A stretch of 64,000 nt of DNA from contig BQFW01000008.1 in NCBI GenBank assembly GCA_020891255.1, positions 1,240,001 through 1,304,000 on the forward strand, in the 5' to 3' direction. Both the position numbers and the translations under genes were made by a program. Below the pieces are notes generated by a model. The model saw only the letters and a program-made list of their open reading frames with translations. It had not been told where the DNA came from and made no database searches. Position 1 is the stretch's first letter; every line of letters begins with the position of its first letter. Positions 22,782 to 36,060 of this stretch are shown here, piece by piece. The stretch is from Entomortierella parvispora E1425. Taxonomy: Eukaryota; Fungi; Mortierellomycota.

Positions 22782-23980
22782 CTATTTGCCCTTCTTCTTG
22801 TCTTCGATCAAGTCGATGTTATCCTCAGGAACCTAGAGTGTTGCAACGAAAGAGCGACAAGTCAGAACACGAGTTACAAATAAAGCCCTGAACACAGGAA
22901 GAAAGAACAAAAAAAAGTAGTGCATCCTTACAATAGGCCAGTGCTCCAGAATGAGATCAAAAATTTCATCCGACACATCTCCCTGGACCACAATCTCGTC
23001 ATTGCCCTGGTTGTTCTTGGTGACAGAGGAACCACAAGCGAACTTGTTGGCGAACAACTTTGCTGCCTTCTTCAAGTCGACATCTATTCATTTCCAAGGT
23101 AAATGATTAGGCATGGTCTCCTCAGAGAAAAACCTTTTTGGAGCCGCAGTAATGGCCAAGTTATAAAAAAAGAATTCACAAACTCTTACCAAAGTTCTCC
23201 AGACCAAAAACACTCGTGACGCACTTTCTCTTTGTGCGCTCAATTCTCTTGATCAAGACCTTGGATTGCTATACATTTGTAATTGAAATGCAATGTCAGA
23301 ATATCGTCCATTGAACATGATGGCTCCATGGTGAGATCTGATTCCAATCGCTTAAAAGAAGCCGCTGCTGCTTACCATCTTCTTCTGCATCTGCTTCTCA
23401 ATCTTGGCCGCTTCTAATATACAATAAACGGGGAAGCACAAAACAATAGCCCAGGACAGGTCAGTTTACATCTCCTGCTTTAAAACACTTTGAAGACAGT
23501 AAAGTTGACGAGCCGGTATCCTCTGCTCCGTCAAACTGTAGAGTCTAATTTCCAAGGTATTTGATGTGTCCATTTACCCTTGGCCTTCTTCTTGTCTTCC
23601 TCTGGCTTGTCCTCGCCGAGTGTCGCGGCAGCCAAGTGATCCTCCAGGGTATTGTAAAGAATTGCATAGGTCACTTTGTCGTGCTTGCTCAACCACTGTT
23701 TGCACCTAAAAGTAAAAGCAAATAGCGATTAATCTCTCTGCCTCTTCTCTCCTTTGTTGATGTTCCTCAGCTGCTCTTGCAAAACGCGATGCGATGTAGA
23801 GAGAGAAAGAAGGAGTCTTGTGTGGCATCGCGGATCGAATCCTTCTTTTTTCATTGGTCATTACTTTTCGAGAGTGGGGCCAAACTCGCAGTACTCTGGT
23901 GGGAGTGAGCAAAAGCCACAGTATGTGATCTCGCGAGGCTGAACATGCTCGCTCGAGGGTGCGTCTGGACTGTCTGCCAT
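22782..23980 (-). CDS. TMA22: Translation machinery-associated protein 22 / DENR (SUI1 domain)
   Basis: YCGFCSLPPEYCEFG...CKQWL; FACGSSVTKN..GNDEIVVQGDVSDE. Confidence 0.92.
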
Positions 23981-24234
23981 GGTGGTGATTTCTTGCTGAT
24001 GAGGGAGGCTGAGTTTAGTGAGGAGAAAAGAATGAGAGAGAGAGAGAGAGAAAAAAGAAAAAGATTAGAGTGTGCTGTTTGTGCACAGAAAGCAGTCCCT
24101 GTGTGATGTGCAGTGCGGTGCAGTGCGAGTGTGCAACTGCACACTCCTGCAAGGCACGCCTTTTCTGTGTCTTCTATTCTTTTCTTTTCTGCCTCTGCTG
24201 TCTGATCACCCTTCTCTTCTCCTCTTTGCTCGCC

Positions 24235-26284
24235 ATGGACCCCTCTCACCACCCACAGCGACCTCCCCATGGTCCACCAGGAGGACCTCTAGGAAGACCG
24301 CCATTCTTCCCTGGAGGACCACCTCCAGGAGTCATGATGGCCCCACCTCCAGGTGGCCCCTTTGGAGGTCCTCCTCCATTCCGACCCCCCATGGTCCCCT
24401 TTCTCCCCCCAGGATGGACCGAGCACAAGGCACCCGATGGCATGTCCTACTTCTACAATGCTGCCACAGGACAAAGCTCTTGGGTCAGACCTACCCCACC
24501 TCCAATGCCCACAGGCGTACCAGGAATGCCTCCACCCCCTGGGGCACAGCACTTTCCTCCTCCCGGATTTCATCCTGGACATCAACAGCCTCCACCACCT
24601 GGCCTTATGGTTGCAGCACCAGCTGCTCCAGGCACTTCCGAATCGACAGGCGCGCCTAAAGAAGATCCCTCAATGACATCCAAGAAATCCAAGAAGGCAA
24701 AGAAAGAAAAGGCCGTTAAGAAGTACGTTCCTGATCAGGGGTTTTTTTTTTTGCAAAGTTCGCGATCTGCACAATGGCAATGATTACAGGAATCTAATGA
24801 TTTGCACATTTTTTTCAATATTTGTTTTTATCCAGGGTGCAAGTATTGGACTCACAATGGTTCATTGTCACGACTTCTTTGGACAACACATTTTACTACA
24901 ACAAGGAAACAAAAACCTCAATCTGGATCCCCACCGTAGAATTGGAGACTCTTCTTGTCAAGATGGGTCAGGTGGAGACAGAAAAGAGAAAGGCCGAGGC
25001 GGAAAAGCTGGCAAAAGCAGAACAGGATAGAATCTCGGCCGCCGCTGGAGGTACTAAACGATCTAACGAGGAGAGTCAGTCCAAGGAGGCTATAGAGAAA
25101 CGATCCAAAACAGAGAGCAGTGCAGCTGGCCAGGACACCAATGTCGGAACAGAGTAAGTGAACAGGCTACTGGTGCTACTGCGTTTCTCGACTGTGATAG
25201 ATCTATGTTCTGATGCGCGTTTTATCTTCTTGTCTGCTTTCTCACTGCTTCGTTTAGGATGACAGAGGATGATGTCGCGTGGCAATTGGCTGCTATGGAG
25301 GAAATGGTGGACGACCAAGACCAGGACGAGGAAATGCAGAGCCAAGGAGACGAATCGGATGCAGATGCAGATGTTCAGGCTCGCCTTAAAATGCTTCAAA
25401 AGGAGCCTGAGAAGCCTTCCTGGGCTGAGAATCTCGATATTTCAGAGGACAACATCCAGGAGCGTGAAATGTTATTCCTGAACATGATGCGGGATCGTGG
25501 GGTGACTCAATTCGATACTTGGGAGCGGGCCTTCAGCAAGATTGAACGGGATCCTCGAATGTATTTGATTCCTGGAAAGAAGGATCGTCAAGCTCTTTTC
25601 GACAGCTTTTGTACTATTCGCGCCCAGGAGATCAGGGCCGCCAAAGAAAAGAAGGAGCAGGAGGAAAGAGAAGAGGCTGAGAGGAAAGAGAAGAGGGACA
25701 AGGAGAAGCATCAGCATGAAAGCAGAAGAGATACTTTGTCATCGTCGTCGAAACATCACGACACCTCGAAATCAGAGGCGGCAGTGGCATCTGTTTCTAA
25801 ACCAGAGGCAGTATATAGGCGGCTGATGGAGGAATATACCACAAAGAGTTCGACCTGGCTGGACTTTATGACAAAGTATAGGCTCGACCCTCGGTTCTTG
25901 GCACTCAAACCTGGTTCGTTGCGCGAGTCCATTTTCAGGAAATATCTCTCGGATCTCAAAAAGGGTATTTTGCCAACGACAAAGACGAGTTCCTCAACTT
26001 CAACCTCGGACGACAGGAAGCGATCCTCTTCATCCTCTTATTCTTCGTCTTCGTCGTCTAAAAAGTACAAGGCCACAAAGGAAGAGATTGACGAGTTCAT
26101 GAGCCTATTGAGGGAGACCAAGAAGGACATTTTGTATGAGCACAAGCACTCGTCTTCGGTAGAGTGGAAAAAGATCAAGAGAGCCATTGACCGCGATCGC
26201 CGCTACGATGCCGTTGGGTCCTCGACAGAGCGTGAAATGTTGTTCCGCGAATACGCGGACAAAGTCATTCAAAGGCGTGATTGA
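24235..26284 (+). CDS. WW/FF-domain protein (TCERG1/Prp40/Dre4-like)
   Basis: WW motif LPPGWTEHKAPDGMSYFYNAATGQSSWVRP; second WW-like exon; FF motifs such as FLNMMRDRGVTQFDTWE and DRRYDAV..STEREMLFREY. Confidence 0.85.
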
Positions 26285-26546
26285 TAATAAAAAACCTCGC
26301 ATTGAGGCTGCTTACTACAGACCATTGGTCAGTGGCACTTTATATTATTATAAGAATATTATTAGAATGGTAGAAGTGCAGACTCTGCTAAGTCGTGCTG
26401 TCAAAAGAATAGCCACCTTTCATTGCATTCCCAACGAAGAATAGGACGCTGTCAATGTCATAGTATGCAAATGCCTTTTTTTTATTATTTTTCTTTTTGA
26501 ATGGAAATGCTAGGTGGAAGGGGGAGAAGAGGACTTTTTGTTTTTT

Positions 26547-29025
26547 TTATGCAGTCTTTTGCCTCTTGCCTCCCTTGTTGTTCTTGCTTCCTCCGCCTCC
26601 GAAGCTGAACTTCTTCAAGGGGTCGTTCTTCTTTCCTCCAGACTTGTTGGCTCCTTTACCTTGACGTGCTTTCCGGACAGAGTTTTGGGTCTTCTTCTTG
26701 TATGTGATATGTCCCAATCCCTCTGGTGTGGTGTCGCCAATCTTTTGTGTCGACACAGCCTGGACCTTGGGCATCATGTAGTCGGGGACGTGCTTCATGT
26801 GGGGCTGGACGCGAGTGGGGTGGAGCGTCTTGTCGTGGCGCAAAAATTCGAGATCCTTGGGTTTATCTTCGAAATGGGCCTTCAACTTCTCAGAGTTCAA
26901 CATCTCGGCCTTCAACTCCTTCAAGCGCGCCTCACGGATCGAACCACGGGTCACGGCGCGCATGGCATCGTCCATACGGTATCTGAATCCTGCCAATTGT
27001 TGCATTGGAATGGTATAATTGTTTATCGTGCATCCAGCAGCTAAAAAAAAAAGTCGATTGAAGATAATTGTTAGAAAACAATGACACAATAGTAATGGAG
27101 AGTCAAAGTAGAAAAAGTCCAGCTCGATGAATAATTACCTTCTTGCTGTTTAACAACACGGTTGAAGACCTGCTCGTCATCGCCAAACATATGGACCCAG
27201 CCGGAAGAGCCCAAGATCTTGCTGGACTTTACCGACTTCTCCTTCTCCTCGGCCGTCACGACAAAACTCAAACTGGTACCCATCTGACCACCGCGGGCTG
27301 TACGACCAACACGATGTGTGTAAGACTTGGCAGTAGGAGGAAAGTCAAAGTTGACGACCGCAGCCACGTTCACGAAATCAATTCCACGAGACACTCCGTA
27401 TTCCTGATCCTTCTTGGGTCCAGACTTCTTCTTGGATTTGGTAGAGGCGGTGGCAGACTCGGCCTTTGTCTCCAGTTCTGAAGATTTCCTCTTCTTTGAG
27501 TCGACTGCTGCTGAGCCATCAATATCGGCCATGGCGCTCGCTTCGTCCTCGTCATCCTCGCTATCGCTGCCCTTCATCATGGCCTCCATCTCGTCGTCAC
27601 CATCTTCAATGTCCTCTCCTTCAGAACCATCAAACTCCATTTCGATCTCCCCCTCGGGAATCTCGTCAATCTCCTCATCTTCCTCCTCGTCCTCATCCTG
27701 CTCGTCCTCCTTGTCTTCATCCTCTTCATCCTCTGCCTTTTCTTCCTCATCGCCAGCCTCCAATTCCTGTACAGATGCCTCCTCCTCTTCCTTTTCGCCC
27801 TTAAGTCCGCCTTCATCCGTGGCGATCATGTAGTCGTAAACTCCCTTGTTAAACTCCTCGACAATATGCACGCGCGAGTTCAAAGGAAGCTCCGAGTTCA
27901 AGACGACACTGGGGATCGAAAACTGCTCCAAGAACAACTTGAGTCTATAACAACGTTCGATGCTGTTGACGAAAATGATGCACTTTCCCTTCAACAACTT
28001 GAGCTTCAAGAGCACATAGAGGATCAGGTACTTGTCCGTTTCGCTGCAGATCGTGTACAGTTGCTTCAAGTTGTCCCAGGAGGAATCCATGGTCTTGTCC
28101 TCCATCTTCAAAATCGCGGGTGAGCGCAAGACCAACTGTTTGAGCGAGTCGACATCGTCTCCCAAGGTGGCCGACATCAAGAAACTCTGAAAGATCTTTG
28201 GCAAGAAAGTCAACAGCTCCTTGACATCCTCCTGGTAATCGTAGTTGCAGACCAGATCGGCCTCATCAATGACCAAGGTCTGGAAGTGGGTCTTCAAATC
28301 TACGGCGTTCAACTTGAGTTGGGCGAGAATTCTGGAGGGGGTGGCGACAATGATATCAGGCTGGGTGGCGAGGAGAGGCCTAGAGAAACAAAGGATGCCA
28401 TTAGGTTCTATTCCATGAATTCTGTCAAAACGATTAAAAGCATCCGGTCAGGGAGACTTACTGTTGGACCTTGTCGTTTTGTTTTCCTGCAATGTTGAGG
28501 ACGTTGACGGCTCTTCCACAGAAGAGAAGGATGTTGTTGGTGAAAGCAGTAACCTGTCCAGCCAGTTCGACTGTGGGCACGAGAACCAATCCTCGAGTGG
28601 CAGTGGCCTCAGGGGAGTTAGCGGGGAGAGACTAAGAAAGACACAGACAAGATGAGGGGATAGTAATGTTAGCTTCAGGTCCTTTCTCTGGTAGGGGTCC
28701 ATGACAAGATCTGAGACTTCAGGTGTCCACTCATAAAACATACGTCTTTCACAGCGAGGATCTTGTGGATAAGAGGAAGCATGAAGGCGGCAGTCTTTCC
28801 ACTACCGGTTCTGGCCTTGGCAAGGATGTCCTTTCCGGCCAGGGCAAGGGGAATGGACTTTGCCTGGACTGGTGTGGGTTTCGTAAAGTTCATCTTGGCC
28901 AGTCCTCTCAAGAGGCGGTCATCGAGTCCAAGGTCAGCGAATGTGAGGTTGTCATCGACAGTGTTGGGCGTCACCTCCGCGGCCTCGGTCTCGCTAATGT
29001 GTTTTTGGGTCTTCTCCACAGACAT
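26547..29025 (-). CDS. DBP9: DEAD-box RNA helicase Dbp9
   Basis: PTPVQAKSIP..ARTGSGKT; VIDEAD; MSAT; EYGVSRGIDF..YTHRVGRTARGG; C-terminal FRYRMDDAMRAVT..LKAEMLNSEKLKAHFE; acidic insertion in the helicase C domain. Confidence 0.95.
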
Positions 29026-29245
29026 TGGTGGAAGTGTTAAAGTATGAGTGAGAAGAGGGGGGATGGGCAGAGAGCTGAAGGAACGGCATGCGCTGTTCTG
29101 CATGCACTTTAGAGGGAGAAAAAAAAAGAAAAAAAAGAAAAAATCGTGGCTTGTGTTTACTCGCTCACGTGACTCAGGCACGGTTCATTATCGTTTTTTT
29201 GTAAAGTCTTTGACGGTGTAGGACCACGGCATCTACACATACAGC

Positions 29246-30319
<1,074 letters not shown>

Positions 30320-30898
30320 GTCTGTGTGTCTGTCTTCCCGAGGTCGTGCGATGAAGGTCTAAGGGTATGGATGGTCAAAAGATGATGGAGATGAGCGCGC
30401 AACCGCACCGCAGGCAGCCAGCAGGCAGCAGCCCGCGAACGGCGCCCGTGACCGCTCGTCATGTGATTATTGAGGGCAAGGTTTATTCTATGGTGCAAGT
30501 CATCTAGTCCCGACAAATAGTTTGAAAATCTAATATCTTTTGTAAGAGCGGTCTTGAAGCTCAAAATGCTTCATACACTTGAGCGACTGCAGACAATAAA
30601 TAAGACTATGATGTCCTCTTGACAACAGAAGTTGGTGCGCAATGTGACATTGGCAATAAAAGCGTGTGTGTTACAGACCCTTAACTGAGAGTAAATTAAT
30701 CTCACTCTGAAAAAATCAGGAGTGGTGGCTCAGGAGTCAGCCAAATCCATCCACGACCACGTAAAAACGCGTCCTGGCTCCATTCCACTGCTTTCACCCG
30801 TCTCTCATTCATTCATTCATTCAGTCAGTCATACATTGCACGTATTCACTCGCTCGACTCGAACCTCGTCCAAATCAGCAACCATTTATACCATCGCC

Positions 30899-33800
30899 AT
30901 GACATTCTCATTCAACATTGTCGCGCGCCCTGGTACCGACCCACCTCAAAGCTTCACCGAGCTTGTCAAAAGTCGCCGGTCTTCCTGGTCTCTGCCGCCA
31001 TCCGACTTTAGACTTCGTCTGGAAAATGCCGCCAAGGACATCAGACTACAATCTTGTAGAGAACAGACTGAGAAAGCTTTGCTAGCTCTTCGAAGCTGCG
31101 GACTCCGTGTTGATGTCAATCCTGCAGACCCAAACAACTCCTTAGCCCACTTCATAATCCAACATTTTCTGAGGCCAGGAGGGAAGTACGACTTGCACCT
31201 TACAGTCAACAGCACCAACTCGACTATGATCGTCCCCACAAGAACGCAACTCTTGCTTGTCTACCTGGCAGACAGACTCAACTGCAATATCTTTTTGTTT
31301 TCCTGCCGAGGCGCACCGTCTCCCAGGACAGAGGCATCGTCTCCACCCTCAGTCTGTGGAATCTTTCACAGAGTGGATTCCTACCTTAAGTTTTCCGAAT
31401 TTCTGGCCCTCGCTCCAGTGGACACAGTAGACTTGTTGGAGGAACTAGCTGTTGCTCCTGCGAGCGAGTTGGCCTTACCGCAACCAATCGAAGAGATGTC
31501 TTCATCCAATGCTGTTATATTACCCACAAACATGGCAACTTTCCGGGCCAACAAAAGACTACGTATCAAAAGGAGTGGTGCCGACGACACTAGGAAAGCT
31601 GAGTTACTGGAATTTTTGGAAATGTCTTGGTAAGACTGATACTGATGCTGAAGCTTATGCGGGTGATTTCACAAAAAGACTTTTAATGACTGACTGCACG
31701 TTGTTCATGTTTGTATCTCTTAGTATCGAGCATTTGAAGAAAAAAATTGATGACCATATCTGCGAAAGCATCAAGAAAGAGGACCACGAAGGGAAGGAAG
31801 AGTTCAAAACCCGACTTTCCAATCTAAAGAGTCTTCCAAGAGGTCCCCTAAGCGATGCCGCTGCTTTATACATCGAACAAAGGAACCAGTTTTTGACGCG
31901 TATGCAGGTCGTCAGCGACATCACTGCAGCTACCAGCAACAACAATCTTCGTGTTTGGTGCGAGGTTGTTCAAAGACAGTTTGACGAAATCTGGACAAAT
32001 TCCGAGCAGAGTCTGGCAGACAACCAACTTCAGGCTGAAAAAGGAAAGAAGAGAAAGGAATGTGGTCCAGATGAAGGAAGGGAACCTGAGCCCAACACTG
32101 CGGACGATGACGAGAACACTGAGGAATGGCGAACATGTACGGTCACAATGAAGCAAGCCCTTCATCCCGGTCTTTCGAACCACGAAGACTTTAGCAGAAT
32201 TATTAGTCTTCTTCAAGAAGCACAGGATCACTTAACGGACGTTGAACAGTCGCTTTACCTCCTGGCACAAGTTGGAACGATCCTGGTGAGTTGAATCTGG
32301 ATGTCAGAGTCTGACGTTGTAGCACTGTACTACATATATCGAAGTTGATGCTGATACTCTTCATCTGTTATTGAATTGCAGATAGCAGGCGGTGTCTTCT
32401 CAGGGCAACAGGGTACCCTATGCCTGGGCGATATTTTACCATCAGAATGCATCATCCCGCCTGAACAAAGGATACTTAACGTGGCACCAATAGTCGCACT
32501 GCAGAGTGACATCGAAAACAAGAACTCTAGTCTCCATAGCGACATCCGCAACGTTCTATCACAAAACCACCTGAGCCAACTCTACACACAGTTCAAAAAG
32601 GATCCAATAGCTCGCAGAAAAACTTGGCTAGAGAAGGAGTCTGGCAATCATACGAAATGGCTAGAGTTGGCAAAGACCATCGACAGTAAGGTCCCGGGTC
32701 TGATCGCCCCCCACAAAGACCGGTACTCCAAAGTTGTCGAGGCTCATACTCGTCAATGCGCAACCGCCATCAGTAACTTGTGGGAAGGGAAGATTTATGA
32801 AAAAGCTCTTGATTATCTCCTGCGCTATCTTTTATCGGCTTGGTTGGCCCCGGATCGAATGGCGGCACATAAGGAGCGGAAGTCAAGTGCAGTCAAGAAA
32901 AAGAACGAGCAAAAGGCCACCAAAGACTCCAGCTCGGACAAACCAAGTCGATCGCACTGGCGTCACTCCATGAGCAAGCTTCTGAACAAAGTTGCGAAAT
33001 ATTACTCGAGTGGTCGCACCGATCAGCTTCATCACTCTATTGCTCCGCTCAAGGCCCTCTACGATACAAAGCCGCCAGAAGCCGACAAAGAATCCAAAAA
33101 GTCATTTCAGAGGATCTCTGAGGCTGGACTTTCAGCGTCGGATGTTGACCTGGCCTATGATGAGAATATGGAAGACGTGTTCTCGGAGGAGGATTCTTCA
33201 GACGATGATCTCGATATGTGCCTCCTTGAAAGTCAAGCCTTCGCAGACGAACTCGATACGGAGTGGGTCATGGATGTAGATGATGCAAGTCAAAGTAGTC
33301 CGATTACTCTCAACTCTGACCTCAAGGAGAAGGAACCGAGTCGAAAGACCCTTCGGCGTCTGCAGACCGTCGTCAGGACGTTGCTCGAGTCCCCGTTACC
33401 GACCCCAACGTTCAGCATGGATCACATCAAGGACTCGTTATACAAAGGAACCTCCTTTACTGAACGGCAACTCCTTGTCGCACAGAAGATCATTAATTTT
33501 CTGCGACCCTATGTTCCTCGCCGCTGGAGGGATGCTGAAGATGAGGATTATCGTCATCATACCCCACACATTGTCCTGCGCGCTCCAATTGTACTCATCT
33601 CCAACGCGGTGCTGCGATTGTTGGGCCAAACGGAGTTCACCAGACGACTCTCTCCCTCTATCTCCTCGGGAAAGATCCACGGTTTACAGCTGGGCGCTGG
33701 TCATCTCTACCAAGTGCTAAGTGGAGAGAGCGCCGGCCGATATGACCTACATGGTGCAACCGGCATCATGACCAACGTTGCTGACTGCACTGCGTCATTC

Positions 33801-36013
33801 AATGCAAAGCGGGTAGTGTTTGCAAACATTTTCGACATCGAGAAAATTGAAGGCATATGCAAGAGACATGGGTTTACGTTTGGCATGCGGTATGTACACA
33901 CCTCATGCACTGTTATGAGCAACAATTGAGTTTAGACGAGGAAAAAAAGCTGATGTCCGTATCTGAAAAACTGTGTAGGATGACCTTTGTGGACCAGTAT
34001 ACTCTCAACTTATCGGGACCGCAGACGACCAAGTCTGATACCCGTCATCCTGTCCATAGCGCGTTCGAAGAAAGCAAGAAGGCGGGCTCAGGCTTAAAAA
34101 ACGGAAGAAATGCACATTGGCGGAAGGAATTCGAAAGCAGAGGCATGTCCAAGGACGATGTCGAGCATCAGGTTGAACTGGCCACGAAACAAGTTGAGCT
34201 TACGGCAAAGGAACGGGAAGGCCCTCGCAAGGAGCTTGCTGCTCTTCGAAAAGAATGCAACGCGTTGAATAGTGGCATCAGGGCAATCCCTTGGACCATC
34301 AGCAACAATGAGAGCAACATCACCTTGAAAAAACAACAAATGTCTGAACTCAAGGCACAACAGGCAATACTTAGGATCAAGGAAAGGAGGTTTAGTCAGC
34401 TGGATATGGCCTGGGATCGTGCCAAAAAAGAGCTCTACTATTGGAACCGACTGCTGGCCATAGCAAAGCGAAAGGCGCCAAAGGATAACCCGAAGAAGAA
34501 ATTGAAGGCAAGAAAAACGGACCCCTCCCATACCTCTCCTTCTTGGGAATGGCCGCAAGCAGAGGACATCCCGCAACAATTGGACCTCAAGCCAATATTT
34601 GACCAACATCTCAAACCATTACCAGGGTCCAAACGGATCCAGGTTGTGGCGATATGTAGCGAGGACCCTGGCGTACGAGTGATGTCGGAGAACGTCTTTT
34701 TGACAGTTGAGGGAATTGAAAAGTCAATGAACCGTTTCCAAGTTCTTGCAGGTAAGTTCTACAAAATTATTAGCCGTAGTCCAAATGTTTTTGACACATT
34801 GTTAATCCTGATGCTAATAACTATCTTTCATGTCCTGCATGTAGATCTTGATACAACGGAGGAGCTTTTTTTGCCTACTGAACATGCTGCGCCGGAGGAG
34901 CACTATTCTAAGCAAGAGGGGGAACAGGTTGACATTACTACTGAACCGTGGACGAAGGAGAGGCGCAATCAAGCAAAAAAGGCCACGCGAGAGATGAAAC
35001 TCCCAAAGGCTCATCGAATAACAGCACGTCAAGTAGAGGACATTTCTTTTGGCCGCAAACTTCGTCGGAAACGGGAACGCTTGCTCGAGACCGACAAGCA
35101 CAAACAAGCCAAGGCGGATCTGGAGAAGCTTTCGGATCCAGATGCATCTCTTGCTACGGCCTCAACCATCGAATCCGTCCAGATTGCCATCAAGATCCGC
35201 GACTCGGTTGCTGAAAACAACAGCCTACGAGAGCTGAACAGGGATCGTGATCTTGTGAAAATCCGTCGTACCTGTAGGCATCGGACCAAACGGGCCTGGG
35301 CCAAAGTCGCAAGCAATTTGCGAGCAAAATCTGCGGAGTACACCATCAACAAATTGGCCGAAGACAAACGTGGTGAACCAAGCGTGGACACAGCTTCTGG
35401 CTATTGCTCCAATTGTTGTTGCATCGAGATATCCAAGTCCAGCATCGCGGCTCCATATAAGCATCCTACGCATTGTGTCAAGACAACCCCAGTCGTCCGC
35501 CATGTGATATTTATGGGTGCAGCTGGCACTGGTGTTGGATCCAGGATTGGTGGCCATTATCGCCTAGGTGGTAAGAACATCAGGAAGCAACATCGTCAGG
35601 TCGGGACTGTTGTAGTCACGGATGAGTACATGTCAACGCAGCGGTGCTGCTTCTGCTTGGAGAAAACCCACTCGGCGCGTTCAAGGCGAATTGTGGGGTC
35701 AGAAAAGGGCAGGACCATCAACACAGTAACAGTGAACGGATCCAAAGTCTGTTTCAACACGGCATGTCCTGCCTACAAGAACGGCTACACGACTCGGCCG
35801 CGAGACACACAAGCCTGTGTATGCATAGGAATATCAGGATATTCTGCGATCAAGGATGACGACAGGATCCCCTTGGCGCCATTCCGCCCATATCTTGTAC
35901 CAGAAAAAAAATTCGATCAACACCAGCCAGCTTCTGGACCCCACCAAACACGTAGCACAATCCGAGGCGGATCAAGTGCTACTCCTCGAACGAGGGGAAT
36001 AGTTTTATCCTAA
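30899..36013 (+). CDS. Giant Fanzor1-like (TnpB-derived) putative RNA-guided endonuclease; 5 exons, 1,580-aa model
   Basis: Exons 30899-31629, 31724-32285, 32382-33889, 33979-34751 and 34845-36013, joined at GT-AG introns, give one 4,743-nt ORF. RuvC-I SEDPG (D at 34664); relocated RuvC-II TDEY (E at 35624); CCFC...C-x4-C zinc finger; RuvC-III RDTQA (D at 35804); GAAGTGVGSRIGGH motif. Confidence 0.85.
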
Positions 36014-36060
36014 ATTTTTATCCCAAATTACTGAAACCGTAAACATGGAAATTAACCACG
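35880..36060 (+). ncRNA. Candidate Fanzor omegaRNA scaffold overlapping the 3' end of the ORF
   Basis: Hairpins at 35952-35982 and 35983-35996 lie in the low-complexity tail downstream of the last catalytic Asp. This is the expected position for a Fanzor omegaRNA; the boundaries are a guess. Confidence 0.4.

Noticed and set aside
27420-27830. Acidic insertion in Dbp9 as a novelty
   Set aside because: Acidic inserts at this position are usual in fungal Dbp9 proteins.
27143-28123. Plus-strand Ser-rich ORFs; likewise the ORFs opposite ERG13, the START gene and the surface-protein gene
   Set aside because: Antisense shadows of codon-biased or low-complexity coding regions.
30767-30772. MCB element ACGCGT upstream of the Fanzor gene
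   Set aside because: A single hexamer, expected by chance.
30670-36060. piggyBac-type TTAA TSD around the Fanzor (TTAA near 30679 and 36052)
   Set aside because: No CCC...GGG termini or inverted repeats adjoin the TTAA sites, and TTAA is common in AT-rich flanks.
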